Of a DNA stretch of 64,000 nucleotides, positions 42,517-56,074 are shown one piece after another. Numbering within the stretch: position 1 is the first letter of the stretch; every line of letters begins with the position of its first letter. This stretch comes from Tubulanus polymorphus (Eukaryota; Animalia; Nemertea), in the NCBI RefSeq assembly GCF_964204645.1, contig NC_134027.1, forward strand, positions 21,228,560-21,292,559, given 5' to 3'. The notes under the pieces were generated by a model that saw only the letters and a list, made by a program, of their open reading frames with translations, was not told the DNA's origin and did no database searches. A program made the translations under genes and the position numbers.

Positions 42517-45500
42517 TTACGTCATACTGCAAGAACAAATAAGAAGAAAATATCAAAATCCGATGTCATGAGATACATGCAGTAGTGCAGCTACTTGTGC
42601 ACTTAGCTACGATGCTATTATTAGCCAATCAGAAATCACATTAAGCCCAGATCATTTCATTCATAGCCATCAATGTGTTTGCCTTAGCGATTGCACAACT
42701 TGCAGGAAAAGGGTGAATTGGGGAAGGGTGAAATGGGAAAGGGGCAGATTGGGAAATGGGCATAGTGGGAATAAATAAGGGGTGAAATTGGAATAAATTA
42801 TGTATTTGAATGAAGTCAACCCCCCCCCCCCCCAATATACCACCACCCTCAAGCCTGGTTTTTCAAAGAACAGAACATCAGTATTTTGTATTGGAACTTA
42901 AGTCAACCCCCGATATACTGCCCACATCGGTGCAGAACAATTTTGGCGGTATAGAGTACGGCGGTATATCGGGGTTGTTTTACTATGTAAAATGTATTTG
43001 TATAGAGATGTACATTGAGAAAACCTGGCTGTAGGCGGGGGTGGCGGTATATCGGGGGTTGACTGTATTTGTTTGATGCCCTTGGGCCAAATGAGGGAAG
43101 GTCTTGTGCTGTGGCAGTCTTGCAATGCCATCAGGTTTGACCGTTGCCAATGGATTGTGAAGCAATTCAGCAGCCGAATTGAAATGCCATCAGCCACCGA
43201 ACAACCAAACAGCGCTTCGGATACTCACCTATCAATGAGCGATTCTCTCATCTGTGTTGAAATAGTCGATGGTTGCGAGTCGCCTAATTTAAATATGCTT
43301 TCAATGACTGATAATTCTGTACTCGTCGTACCAGAACCACAGAACGCTACCCAATCGTTGACTACCATTCCGCCTCCGATCACTTCACTACCACGGTTAA
43401 TCGTACCTGCCTAAATAATCAACTATTAAAATGCAGGCTCCATTTCCACAGTGCAATAATTCACAAAGTAGGAAATCATTGTAAGTTAATTGTAGGAAAT
43501 TATTGTACACTGAATATATTTCCAATGAAATTTTTTTCTTAGGAATCTTACCACGAGTGGAACTTGTAATAATGAGGACAATTCATCCTGCTCTTCTATC
43601 GTCGCTTTAGGGTGAACCTAAAAATCAAATCTATTTGTTATAAATCATTCTTCATCGATAATTTTGATGGTACATAGCCAATATCCACTAGAAATTTGAT
43701 CAATGACACTCTTTATGTTATTTTGTACAAGTTATCTCTCCCTGGGAAAAAGTAAAAGGCAAGCTAATGAGCCCATCAACCTGGACAGGGCTGACTGAAG
43801 TCAACAAATGGTCTTAAATCGTTAGACTGGCCTTTACTTGTTAGATTGGCTATACATGTAGGTCTTAAGTTGAAGCTGTGAGTAGTGACTATGCAAATGG
43901 TCCAAGGTACCCAATTGCTCCTGGGTGTGGAGATGTAATGATAAGTCTATTGTCCAGGGACTAGTGGATGAAACCTACAACCTGGCATCCCAGTGGAGTC
44001 AAATGCTCTAACCAGTCACAGCCACACACACACACACAACAGACAACTATATTTGATAAAACAAATGAACTTACTAATCCTCCCTGATTGCTGAAAGCAC
44101 AATAACTACCGACTAATACATTTGTTGCGATAGTCTGTTTGAAAACTTCCACTTTTAAAACGTCTGCTAAGATTTCTTCAGTTGCCTACAAATGAATGCA
44201 TTTTCGTAATGTATTTCATTGTTAATCTTTTATTTCTTGAATCCCGAGATATAAATACAGCATAAGCTGAAACGTGGATTACATTCTTAAAACAAATGAG
44301 GTCTTAACTCTCCAGCATTCTCCCCAGCAGGGATTCCAACCTGGTGGCATCTGAGCTTAGATGATGTCATCATTAAGCCAATCAGAAATCCCATTGTATC
44401 TTAGCCCCAGTTTTTCCATTTAAGTTTATCAATAAATCGTTTCAGCGATTAAAATTCATGGGAACTCCCCTGAACTGCCGTGTATAACACATTTGCTATA
44501 CTCCGCATCTACCAGCAATGCAGTGAATCACTTCACAACATTTGACAGGTACTGCCATATTATCTACAAATAGCAACTAAACCAAGCATGTTTTGTGAAA
44601 TCTGGCCTGGTACACTGCTGCATACCATAACTGAGCCAAAGGCTTATCGCACTTACACTATCTAAATCAATGTGAGCCAATGCTACATAATCATTACAGG
44701 ATATAACATTTCCTAAAGCTGAAAGACGCTCTTCAACCCTGCGAATTTCAACAGCGTCTGGTAACGAATTACGTAAGTGCTGTAGCTCCTGATCGGTTGT
44801 CGATGACGGCACCAATAATCCATTTCTGTTTCCTAAAAATAATGTCAAATAATTTTGAGGAAATGCTCTGCGTGGTATTAGCGATAGGTCTAATACGGTA
44901 AATATCTCACAAGGGTAAGTGCAATATAAGTTTACTAATGTCTATTTCAACTTGACTTGAGAGCAAATCAGGTGGCCTACCTCAAATAAAACATCGTTTC
45001 TTAATCCATTTTAAGCTGTATTGAAGGATAGCCAAGAAGTCTTCATTGAAATGGCTTAAAAATGACTCGAAAGTTTTACTTATGTTTCCATGCCTACGTA
45101 TAACCTGAAGTTTGGTATGTAGGCATGGTATATAGTTAAACTTTCAAATCATGGGGTCTCTTTTCTCTCATGAACCCCGTTGAAATAAGACTTTTTGGCA
45201 ACCCTTCAATACAGTTTAAAATGGATTAAAAATCAATGCTTTCGGTCAACTGCCAGTCCTTTCTGGTCGTTATAAGACTTTTACCAGGTTGCATGTACCT
45301 CCGAAACTGATTGAGCTAGGTCACCTCATGTGCTCCTCAAGTGGAAGTTGAAATAGAGATTGTTTGTATCAGTTCTCATCGCTTGATCGGTCTTTTTTTC
45401 TGGATTACATTTCATAATTTGATGTCTCTTGAGTGATTATTAGGATGTAGTTGAAATGTGTTGAAATAGGAGATAGCTCAAGGGAACTGTTTAGTTTTCA

Positions 45501-47678
45501 AATGGATATCTATAATACAGATCAACCAATTAAATGCAAGGGCCAGTTGCTCAAAAGTTGGTTAACCCTTTCAGTGCTGACTAATTAATACCCTATAGTG
45601 CTGGAGATAACTTGAAAATTCTAAAAAATTCCGTCCGAGTGTGTTGAATAACGGGAATACCACTATAGTGCGTCTACACCGGGCATGGTATATCGTATTT
45701 CACCATGTTTAACACGTGCTGCCATCTTTAAATAGAGATAATTACTAATTACATCAATACACCGCAGTGCGGTGTACTAGGAAAATCTATCACTGATGTG
45801 CGGTGTAGACGCACTGAAAGGGTTAAAGATAACCGACGTGTAAGTACCACAGTTACTATGAACTTTTAAATGTCACTGTGTCAACTATCCACTGGTTAAA
45901 TCAAACCAACTTTAAGAGTAAAAGCCCCCGGTCTATTGATTCACATACCGACACAAAGTCTTCCGATAATTCTACAACCTCCGATTGCCGTGTGTACCAC
46001 TGGGATTTTACTCGCCTCTAATTCACTTTCAAAAGTACTGGAAATAATAAAGCGATTTAATTAAAACGTGAATTACTTCAATACGGAATGGAGCAACTTC
46101 CGAGTGCCAGCTGGTGATTTCTATGTAAATTAATGACTGATGACTTGGATGGACAGTTCTAAGCGAGCTCTCCTCAGTACAAACACGGACAGAGCACCGC
46201 AAATCAGCCACTCTCTTCACGATTAATGACCCCTCGATTAAATTTGACTCCTGGGTTTCTTTGGCTTTGGCCAGAAGAAGTAGGAATTCCTCATTCCTGA
46301 ATTTGATTGATGAGAAGAAGTCAAAGAAGAATTCATTCAAAGAAGGAAGTGGTTATTTAGCCAGATCCGGTCACCGATTTCTGAATGAGCCCGCTGAAAG
46401 CCACCCCGAATGTTTTAACTACATATAGCCTCACCTTACCCTAACCCTATCCCCAATGCGCAAAACATTCTATATTTTCTAAATATTGCGGTTGTTTCGT
46501 TGATCCATACGATATTCCAGCTTTGCAAACGCGAATTTTCCGATTTTCATCAATTCACGCACTCGACACACGATCTCAAAATGGCGACCTTGAACTTGAA
46601 CTAGCAACAGGTCCGCAGTGAATTTTATTTCGTAACATTCAATCAAATAATATTTTATCTTATTTAAGCTAGAATAAACACGATCAGGTTATAATAGATT
46701 CTGAATTTCACGTAAATATAGACAGAAAATAAATTGGAAATAAAATTCATTTCGGTTCGGCATTGCGCTAAGCATTGTGGGAGATGACAGTCGCCATTTT
46801 GAGATCGCGCATGGGGTTCGTGAATTGACGTAAAATCGGAAAATTCGCGTTTGCAAAGCTGGAATATCGTATGGATCAACAAAACAACCGCAATATTTAG
46901 AAATTATAGAATGTTTTGCGCATTTGAAGCCCTCGATCATCAAAATCGGTGAAGGATTTTACGTCGAACTCAACCTTTGAAATTTCGAAATCGACGAAAA
47001 CCGGCGTCATAGCATTTTCGGTCCAGGCGATTTCGGTCCGAATTTCGCGTTCAAAGACATATTTTTCACGAACTATTCATTGAAAGTTAACGGGACTAGT
47101 TTCGTTAGAAGCAGGAAGCTATTAGCTTTCATATCATGCCTGGATTATCAAAATCGGATGAGAAATAACGAAATAGTAAGCGACTGAAGTTGAGTAGTTT
47201 GTGAGCGTCGTTAGCCCCCTTGTTATTTTATATATACTATATACATTGGATTAACAGATTATCGTTTTTACATTACCTACAACTCTGATACAAGCCCCTG
47301 TGCCCCAGAGGCCAGAGTTGTGAAACGGTAGGCCTACCCTCTGCTTTGGACCCTCTTCTCACCCTCTTAGTCTTGACACTTACCCTATAAAGCGATTGTA
47401 TTGTTACATAATAAATGGATCCGGCAAAGTATATTTTATAAGTCGCTAACCTGATCCGGCTAAATAATCACTTCCTTCAAGGAATGAACGAAAGATAATC
47501 CATTCCTGACCGGCTTGGATTGATTTTGAATTTTTGTTGGAGGGGGGTGAAAGTGACAATGACATCGATACCTGTAAAAATTAGCAGATCCACCGATTCC
47601 TACCAAACAATACGCATTTGTTAATTTAGAAAATACACCGACTTCACCGTTGCCTTCAAATTGTACGCGTACAGCCAT
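42517..47678 (-). CDS. EIF6: Eukaryotic translation initiation factor 6 (7 coding exons, 246 aa)
   Basis: Exons 47572-47678, 45949-46037, 44657-44832, 44075-44185, 43552-43617, 43229-43410 and 42517-42526 join in frame with GT-AG sites. [52 protein letters not shown]. Confidence 0.97.
44941..45357. mobile_element. Fold-back MITE in eIF6 intron
   Basis: TCTATTTCAACTT..  and ..AAGTTGAAATAGA inverted ends with internal inverted repeats. Confidence 0.6.
45566..45822. mobile_element. piggyBac-type MITE with TTAA TSD, nested in another MITE (~45540-45929)
   Basis: TTAA|CCCTTTCAGTGC...GCACTGAAAGGG|TTAA. Confidence 0.8.
46456..46925. repeat. Long inverted repeat (fold-back element)
   Basis: ~46456-46590 is the approximate reverse complement of ~46790-46925. 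Confidence 0.75.
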
Positions 47679-48542
47679 AATTACATACAGTCAGTATTTC
47701 AATCGAGCATGGGATGTTGTGAAACTACCGTGTGTGAAGTACGTCATCAGTTCCAGTGCTTTACGCTATACGTCAACTATGGATATGCGCGCCGACACGA
47801 TGTCGGAGCAGTCCCATCCTTCCATCAACGGGTGTCTCGATCAGCCGGTGTCTCGACGGCCACGAGTAGTGCAATTCCTCAGATTTCCTCTTTGTCTTTA
47901 TTGTTGGGCCTTTTTTAATAGCTTGGTTTACGGGCCCGCCTCCCGAAATTTGAAGAATAGTCAAATAAGAAAAAATGTTTCTTAATTTTTATTCCCGTGG
48001 GACAAATTCAGTGGAAAAACCACAGGGACTTGACACAAAAGGATTTTGACCCAAGTTTCCTAGGTACTATATATAAAAAGTCTTTTTATAAATACTACCT
48101 AGGATTCTGGGGTCAAAATCCTTTTGTGTCAAGTCCCTGTGGGAAAAACGAGCAAAAAAAGTTTTTCACCTCCACCGAATGAGAATCCTAGTGGCTTGAG
48201 GATGAAAAAATTGGTTTTTGCCCACTCGTTAGAAAAATGACAAGTCAATCGTAAAACGCAATTTCAATTTTTCCAGCTAATACAAACTATGAGAGCAAAA
48301 CATTCGAAATTGAAAAGATTTATCAAAACCCCAAATAGTTTATCGCTTTATCCTTGATGTGACATCCTAGTCTTGGACATGCCTACGACATCGTATTCTC
48401 TATGACAATCCGGATTGGCAAAGGGAAGACCGTGGTTTTATCGACCGCTTGTTGGTATAGAATGCCTTCACCTTTGAATTCGCTGCTAGTCACACCCAGT
48501 CTTAGAAATAGACTGATTTGCGACGCTCATTGACTGTGTGTT

Positions 48543-49000
48543 AAAGCGCACATCGACACTGCGATTGGAGACAACTAGTTGCCAGGCAGTTTTCGGCGCA
48601 TGAGAGCAACTGGCTGGATACAATCAGTTGCTCGAATTTGTCGATGTGAGCGAGCTTACGACTGGTTAGCGTCCATCTATCTCCAGTTCCACCCAGTTGC
48701 TCATGTTCTACTTTTGAGCAACTAGTTGTACTCAGTTGCTCTCATATCCGTCGATGTGAGCGCTCCATAATCAACAACACATGGTTGTAACTGACTAAAA
48801 CAAAGCTATTTGTCACGTGACTTGTGATGCCCTCAAGAATATTTGCTAGACCACATCTCAGTTGCTGTCGATGTGTGCGCTATGGACCTAGCGACCGGCA
48901 TGAGCCACGTAGTTGCTGGTTTTTACTAAATTTTCGATGTGCGCGGGGTACTTGCTCACTAGCAACTAGTTGTCTCCAGTCGCTTTGTCGATGTGCGCTA
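48543..49000. mobile_element. MITE with (A/T)AGCGCACATCGACA terminal inverted repeats
   Basis: Inverted ends plus internal GTCGATGTG(A/C/T)GC repeats. Confidence 0.6.
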
Positions 49001-49740
49001 GGCTTTAGGCCGTCGAAGCTCGCGCGTGAACCATGGACTGTGATTTACAATGTACCGGCAAAAAGATTTAAACAAAAAATTCGGTCGCTAATCACACACA
49101 ACTATGTTAGGCCTACTACGATTTCCGATTTCAAAATTACACTCCATGTTTAGCAGCCGGGTGTCGTGGGTTTGTGAGGGGCACTAAAACATAATCAGAC
49201 GATATCTACCAATCAAATATCGGCTCACTCCCTATTTCGAAATTTAAAAAAGAAACGAACCGGCTGAAGCATTGTCGGATATTTTCGATCGTTGTCACTA
49301 TTGTTTAAGAGTCCGGGCGTTTTTGTTATTGTGAATATTGAGCTCTGGCACCGTAGCCCTACGTTTCATCTACCTTGTTCAAAACCTAATTGATATTTTT
49401 TGAAACAGTATTAAGTGCTGTATTTGGTTTCGCGACGTTGTGTGTTGCGCATACGTTTTTAACTCTATCATTCAAAACGCACCCATTATTATTGAACCAA
49501 AAAACAGAAAATCTCTTTAATTCGGAATAAAAACTGGAAAATAATTCGTATAGCCGCAAATTTCCGTACAAACGTTACCACAAAGGAAAAGAAACGAATC
49601 TCGATTAAAGCGACATTTTTTTTTAGTGAACAGGATAATTATTAAATATTGCACACTTTCTTATTCTTTGCCTTATATCGATTACCTGTTTGGTTCCAAT
49701 GAATTATAGGCTTATTCCAATGAATTATAGAATTATTATG

Positions 49741-50941
49741 TTAATACAAAGGTATCGGTATGCCCGCTCCGTAACCATCAATATGATCATAGTGAACCGT
49801 CATTCTCATATTCGCGCTGTGGTGACCGAGAATCAGGCGTACGATACCTTGGTCGATGGCTCTGGTTACCCTAGCCTTCTTTACGCCTCCGACTATCGAT
49901 GTAGTGATGTACGCCTCGTAGACTTGGTAGTTGTAAGCGGTTCGGTAGAGGTTACCGCTTACTATGTTTCCGGCATTCGCTTCGTCTCTTTGCAGAGTGC
50001 GATCATCGGCAGCTACGATGACACTAATGATTCGCGGGTCTCTGCTGTAGAAACCCAGTCTGTACGTAAATTCGGTATCCCAATTTGCTTGGCTGTTTCC
50101 GAGACGACTGAAGTCGGCGTATTTCATGAAGTGCTTGTTTTTAAAATCGCGAGACAGAGTACGTTTCGGTCTCTGTACATCTGTTGAAATAATTGCATAT
50201 TGTAGATCTTACGCCCGTATTATTATAGATTGCATTTATGAGGAATATGTCAAAATATGAATTTGAATTTTGAATTCAGATACATCAAGTAGTTGGATAT
50301 GTTATAGTGTTCCAATCATCTGAATGATCAATTTCAAACATCATTTATTCCTTAGTAGAAGGTCAGGCGTTCGTGAAGACACTTAATTGCTTACGTTTTG
50401 TATGAAACCTAAGTATGTATATGTTAATCAATGATATTTTTTCTGTTGACTATTTGGTGGTTTTCTTTGAAAATAAAAAAGCAGTATAGAATAGAAAGGA
50501 TTATGGTATGCGAATGTTTAACTGAATAGAATGATAAATTACCAGAGTCGCCCAACTGGTCGAATGATCTTTTTTCTATCGCAAATAACTCAGCTCCGAA
50601 AAATTCATCAGTGGTCGAGACATCTCTGGTAGCTGGATGATTCTGGTTATCGATCGTCAACTAAGATAAACAAATGTCCATAGAGGAGGACGCCACAAGA
50701 TAAATTATTCTCACGTACTTGTACATAGGTATATATAGCTAAAACTACTTCGCTAGAAAATTGTTCTGTTCGAATTATTAACGTCAAAGGCGAAGAAAGA
50801 TGGCATTTGAAAACATACTAGTCATTCCAAAATTTTTACCTGACTCAACGATTTAGCGTGCACTAATACAATCGATACAATAATCAGGGACACTACACTG
50901 AGTGGTCCAGTCACTCGTTTTTTGGCTCCGGATATCAGCAT
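49741..50941 (-). CDS. Secreted prepro-protein, paralog 1 (3 coding exons, ~219 aa)
   Basis: Exons 50840-50941, 50543-50660 and 49741-50180 in frame; hydrophobic signal, acidic pro-region, KR and RPKR sites. Confidence 0.75.
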
Positions 50942-53900
50942 CTACAAAACAGGATGGAAATAATAATTTAAGTGAAAAAAAAAACGAATTGGCCCCTAAG
51001 ATAGCTATGTAAAAGGAGGAAGTGTAACAAGACAGCAGGTTTTCTCAGCTCTCGGTTTCTTACCAGGTAACCTGGGACAAATCCCTCGCTTGTCGCTCCA
51101 CTGCTGCTGCTACTTTTTTGCAACCTTCGTCACCGAAAAGGTATTTTTCTCTGCCTCGTCCGAAGGTGACGGTATCGGGAGGAAGAGGCAATTCGACAAA
51201 CGCAGGCGCGGTGTATCATGTAGCGTTGTTTCTTTGGTGACGCATAAAAACTTACATTTTTGCTGAATATTGTTTGTCGGGACGTACGTTTCGAAACTTA
51301 TACAAGCAAAGCGTTTTGATGACATACCTGTCCTGTGAGTCCAATTTGTTGTCTAGATAATAATCAACAGCCTTTTGAGCGTTTTTTATTTCATCAAAAA
51401 TATGACAAAACATTGAACCAACTCACACATTTAAATAGTCAGACCGACTTTACGATGGTGTGATCTATGAGACAGTTAGCAACGATAAAATGTAGTCAAA
51501 TGATGCAAAATATTCGCGACAAAAATATACGCGACAATAAAATCGGTGTATTTTCACAAATTACGAGTCTAGTTTTAATGACATTTTTCATTACCTGAAT
51601 AATTTGTCAAAATGTGGCAACGATTTTACGACCTGGTTTTCGGTGCAAATATTTTCACAGCACTACCAAGATACACGCTCGTGGGCAGATTTAGGTAAAT
51701 TGATGGGCGGGGTCTGCAAGAAACGAAGGGTAGTACTCGGATAGAGCATAACTACCAGAATCAATAGACATTTTCAGACATTTTTTTGGAAACAAATATC
51801 CGTTGCAATTTCAAAGAGTATGGCTTTCAAATTTACAGATATGATAAAAACGGGAACATAGACTGTATAAGCTCATGTAGATACGTAGGATCGATATCCG
51901 ATTTTCTTTTGTATTTCGTTACATTCCGAAGAAAATACAGGCGAAAAAACCTCAATAAGTTAATGTGTATTGATAGAAGTTATTAATTTGCTTCATGTAG
52001 TAATTTTCCTCTGTGTTCAGGTAGTCGATTTAATCATTTGAATTTTGCGGTGGAACCTCGTTATAACGAACTCGGATAGAACGATTCATCGGATATAACA
52101 AACATAATTTCGTCGCAAGGACCATTTGATTGACGAACATGTTCAGGTCCGCTGAAGTCAACGAGGTTTCACTGTATTCTATTCATTTGAAGGGCGCGAA
52201 ACAGGGGGTTTTATTTTGAGATCGGAATTTGAAGTACGGTCGGATGATTAATCGAATTTCTTCTGAAACGAAATGAATATTTGGAACCTTCCAACTATAC
52301 TGGACCGGCAAACAACTGATTGGGGTTGATTGTTGGCTGCCGTTACATCGAGATTTGGATATAACTGTAAAGCTTTATGATAATATTGTTTATCTTTATA
52401 TTTTCGTCGTTTTTTTCCAGCGTAGGTGTTGATGTTAATGTCCTCTAATATATATTGTCTTTCCCACGTGTTGACTATATTTAATCTTGCAGAAAAAAGC
52501 ACATTTCAAAACGCTAATTATCCAGATGGTTGAGTGGGAGTGATCGGACCTTCATTTAGCAGTAGTCTTCTTTGTGTTTTGCCATCACTCACTCGTTAAA
52601 AAAATGAAAAGGTAATTGTAATACACAATTTCAATTTTTCCATTTCATGCCATGCGTATCGTCATGACTCACGATGGTTTGAATTTAACGAAAATATAAG
52701 ATAGACTTCCATACGTGCGTAGGTCTTCAATGCATATATTCTTACTATCAAACAAGAAATTCCAGACCAGTTGCCTACTGATAGGAGGATCATACGTATA
52801 TGCCATTCATATATCAGCTTCTCAAGATTTGAGAACATATCCTTTCGGTCAAAAGCGAAACTGGCGAAGTCCTATTTGGATCGTAGAGGGGATCGTATCT
52901 TCATTTTAGTTTTTTCATTTGATTTTGTTGTATCTTCGTAAAAAGTACAGTGTACAAATATCGCTAATTTGATACAAAATATAGTGGCAATCTATAGATA
53001 CATAGCAGTCACAATAGTAATACTGTAGATGCATCATGGAGGTTCAAAAGCTGAAGGTTCGAAAATACGTAATACTTGGTTATAAATTGACCTAGGAATA
53101 AAGAGCCCACGAAGTGACGATTGTGCCCTCGATCGATTATTGACTATATCTGCTTTATTACCCATACTAAAACGTCCTACACCGATATCAGTTAATCTCG
53201 GTGTGAGCGGAAGTTGCGGTCCGAACAGATGTTTTTATTTTCTTAAATCTTAAAATAGGGATTTTCCCTGTTATTTATTTAGTGAACAAATTTCGTTTGA
53301 TTTTTTGATTGAGTGTCCCTTACAGACCCACACTACACCCGCCGGGTGCGAAACAGGGGGGGGGGGGGTGATCTTAAGATCGGAAATTGAAGTAGGTGTA
53401 GTTGTGTGATCGGCGGTCGAGTTTGCAGAACGGATGTTACTGCCGGAACCGGGAGAATGCCAGTTACGCACTTCTAATCTCTTTGTACTGAGAGAATTAT
53501 TCAAAGTATTTTTTGAAGAAGTGGAAAGGGTTATCAGTTTATAATGGCTTTGAATGGTTAAAAAATTTGTGGTAAGCACTGTGATCTTAAAATTGTATAT
53601 TCATGAAAAAATTGGACATTCGTAGAAAGTGATATTAATTTCCGAATACATTACGATTGCATTTTAAACAATGTCTCTGGTTTTGGGGGTGTATTACTAT
53701 ATCTATCAGTTTCAATAGGTAATTTGTGATTTAGTGCTCCGATTTGTTTTGTTTTCTGCCATCACTCTCTAATCAAAAGATGAGAAAAAAAAACGAGACA
53801 CACGATTTCAATCATTCCGATTCAGCAAAAATTAAGTTAATTATACATAGGCAATGGCACAAAATGGTAAAAATCACAGCACTCATTCACCTGATGAAGC

Positions 53901-53992
53901 TTCTACTCATTAGAAGCGAAATCTCGTGCGTCAAATAAATAGTTAACCTATACAGTACTACTCGTCTCGTTACATAATGGTAGTAAAAGATA

Positions 53993-54064
53993 TTCCCGTA
54001 CCGAGAATCGAACCCGGGCCGCCTGGGTGAGAGCCAGAAATCCTAACCACTAGACCATGCGGGA
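53993..54064 (-). tRNA. tRNA-Glu (CTC)
   Basis: TCCCGCATGGTCTAGTGGTTAGGATTTCTGGCTCTCACCCAGGCGGCCCGGGTTCGATTCTCGGTACGGGAA; A/B boxes and TTTT terminator; one C-A mismatch in the acceptor stem. Confidence 0.9.
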
Positions 54065-54948
54065 TTATATCATTATAAATGAAATACGTCGTTCCGATAC
54101 AAAGAGACCTATTAAAAGTGAAATACTGTAGTATATTCAAATTATAATGATTTACTAAGGTAACGATTTACAATCTTAACGTTGAAAAGTTTAATTGAAA
54201 AATTTACCAGAACTCTAAATAGTTAATCGCTTTGTTCTTGTAATGGGTTCGGGCCATCATTTGAAACATACGACGAATTTCTCCATGAGTATCAGGAATA
54301 ATGGCAAAGACAAGATCGTGGTTTTAGATACCAACTTCGAGGGTGTGAGGCAAATAGCGTCAAATACGTTATGTACGTACGTATATATGACGTGACAAAT
54401 GAACAATTTAGAAAAACTAATTTCTATCTAGTCTGTTTCGATGGAATGAACAATCTTAATGTAGATGAAAGGTTTCGATTCGTTTTATGTGGGATATGCA
54501 TGATGAAATTTTTCTCCTCAAACGTCCGTTAAATCACTGCAAGAAGATACGTAACGGAAACTTGTCCTCATTTTAGAAATCCACACGTTTTCGTTGCGCG
54601 TTGTATTCGGTCTTCAATAACCTGTGCCATTCCAGCAAATCATCATCAAATATTCGTGAACTAGATATAATTCATGGAGTGTGTAGATTTAGACCAAAGA
54701 TGCGCCAATATTTCGAATCGGAATTTTAAATGAAGCTGACGTATTTCCAAAAATCTTTTCTTTGAAAACACGAAATTTTAAAAACAAGTGTTGACGCCGC
54801 AACGAAGAAAAAAAACCGTAAAGAAATAAATTGATATCAGTGCGACATTTTATTTTCACATGTATGAATATGCTCGGCACTTGATTTATGATATAGTTTC
54901 ACCTTTTTATTTTCTAGCCTTGTGTAACTACCTCATTTAAGCGATAAA

Positions 54949-56074
54949 TTATTTCAAAGGTATCGGTTTGTTCGCGCCGTGACCATCGATATGATCGTAG
55001 TGAACGGTCATTCCCATGTTCGAGCTGTGGTGACCCAGAACTAGGCGTACGACGCCTTGGTCGATGGCTTTGGTTACCTTAGCCTTTTTTACGCCTCCAA
55101 CTATTGACGTAGTGATGTACGCCTCGTAGACTTGATAGCTATTGGCCGTTCTGAAGAGGGTACCTTTGATTATGTTTCCAGAATTCGCTGTATCTCCTTG
55201 GAGAGTGTGATCGTTGGTCGCTACGATGACACTGATGATCGGTGGGTCTCTCTTGTAGAATCCTAGTCTGTACGTAAATTCGGTATTCCAATTTGCTTGG
55301 CTGTTCCCGAGACGACCGAAGTCACGGGATGTCATGAAGTGTTTGCTTTTAAAATCGCGCGACAGTGTACGTCTCGATCTCTGTAAATCTGTTGAAATGA
55401 CAACATATCTATATGAATTTCGCTTGTGGAATATATTGATACGAATTGAAATCCTAATACACACTTATATTTCGAGATACTTATTTTCTGAGTATTACGC
55501 CTGACTTAATACTTAATAATAAATCTCTATGTTTTGGTGACACTTAAAAATTTTCTCAGGTTTTGTATTCAACGGAAACATCTAATAACCAATAATATTT
55601 TGTTCAAATTGAAAACTATTGATTAGTCAGATTTTGATGTGTGCCAAGGATGTATATGGAATGATAGATATATTACGTACCTGCGTCTTCCAACTGGTCA
55701 AATGATCTTTTTTCCAAGAACTCAGCCCCGGAAAATTCATCAATGGCCGATACATCTCTGGTAGCTGGATGCTGGTCATCGATCGTCAACTAAAATATCG
55801 AATGTCCATAGAGGAGGACGTCCATAAAACATGACATTCTCACGTAGGCCTACGAATATGCTAAAACTCGATCGAAATCGTTTTTGAATTATTTTAGAAA
55901 GCGAAGGAAATGGCACATGAATACACTTCAGTAGTTCACCCGATTTCACATTTTGTTTCCAATTTTTACCTGACTCAGTGATTTAGCATGCACTAATACA
56001 ATCGACACGAGAATCAGGGCCACTACACTGAGTGGTCCAGTCACTCTATGTTTCCTAGCTCCGGATATCAGCAT
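54949..56074 (-). CDS. Secreted prepro-protein, paralog 2 (3 coding exons, ~217 aa)
   Basis: Exons 55970-56074, 55681-55789 and 54949-55388; same structure as paralog 1; RSRR site. Confidence 0.75.
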
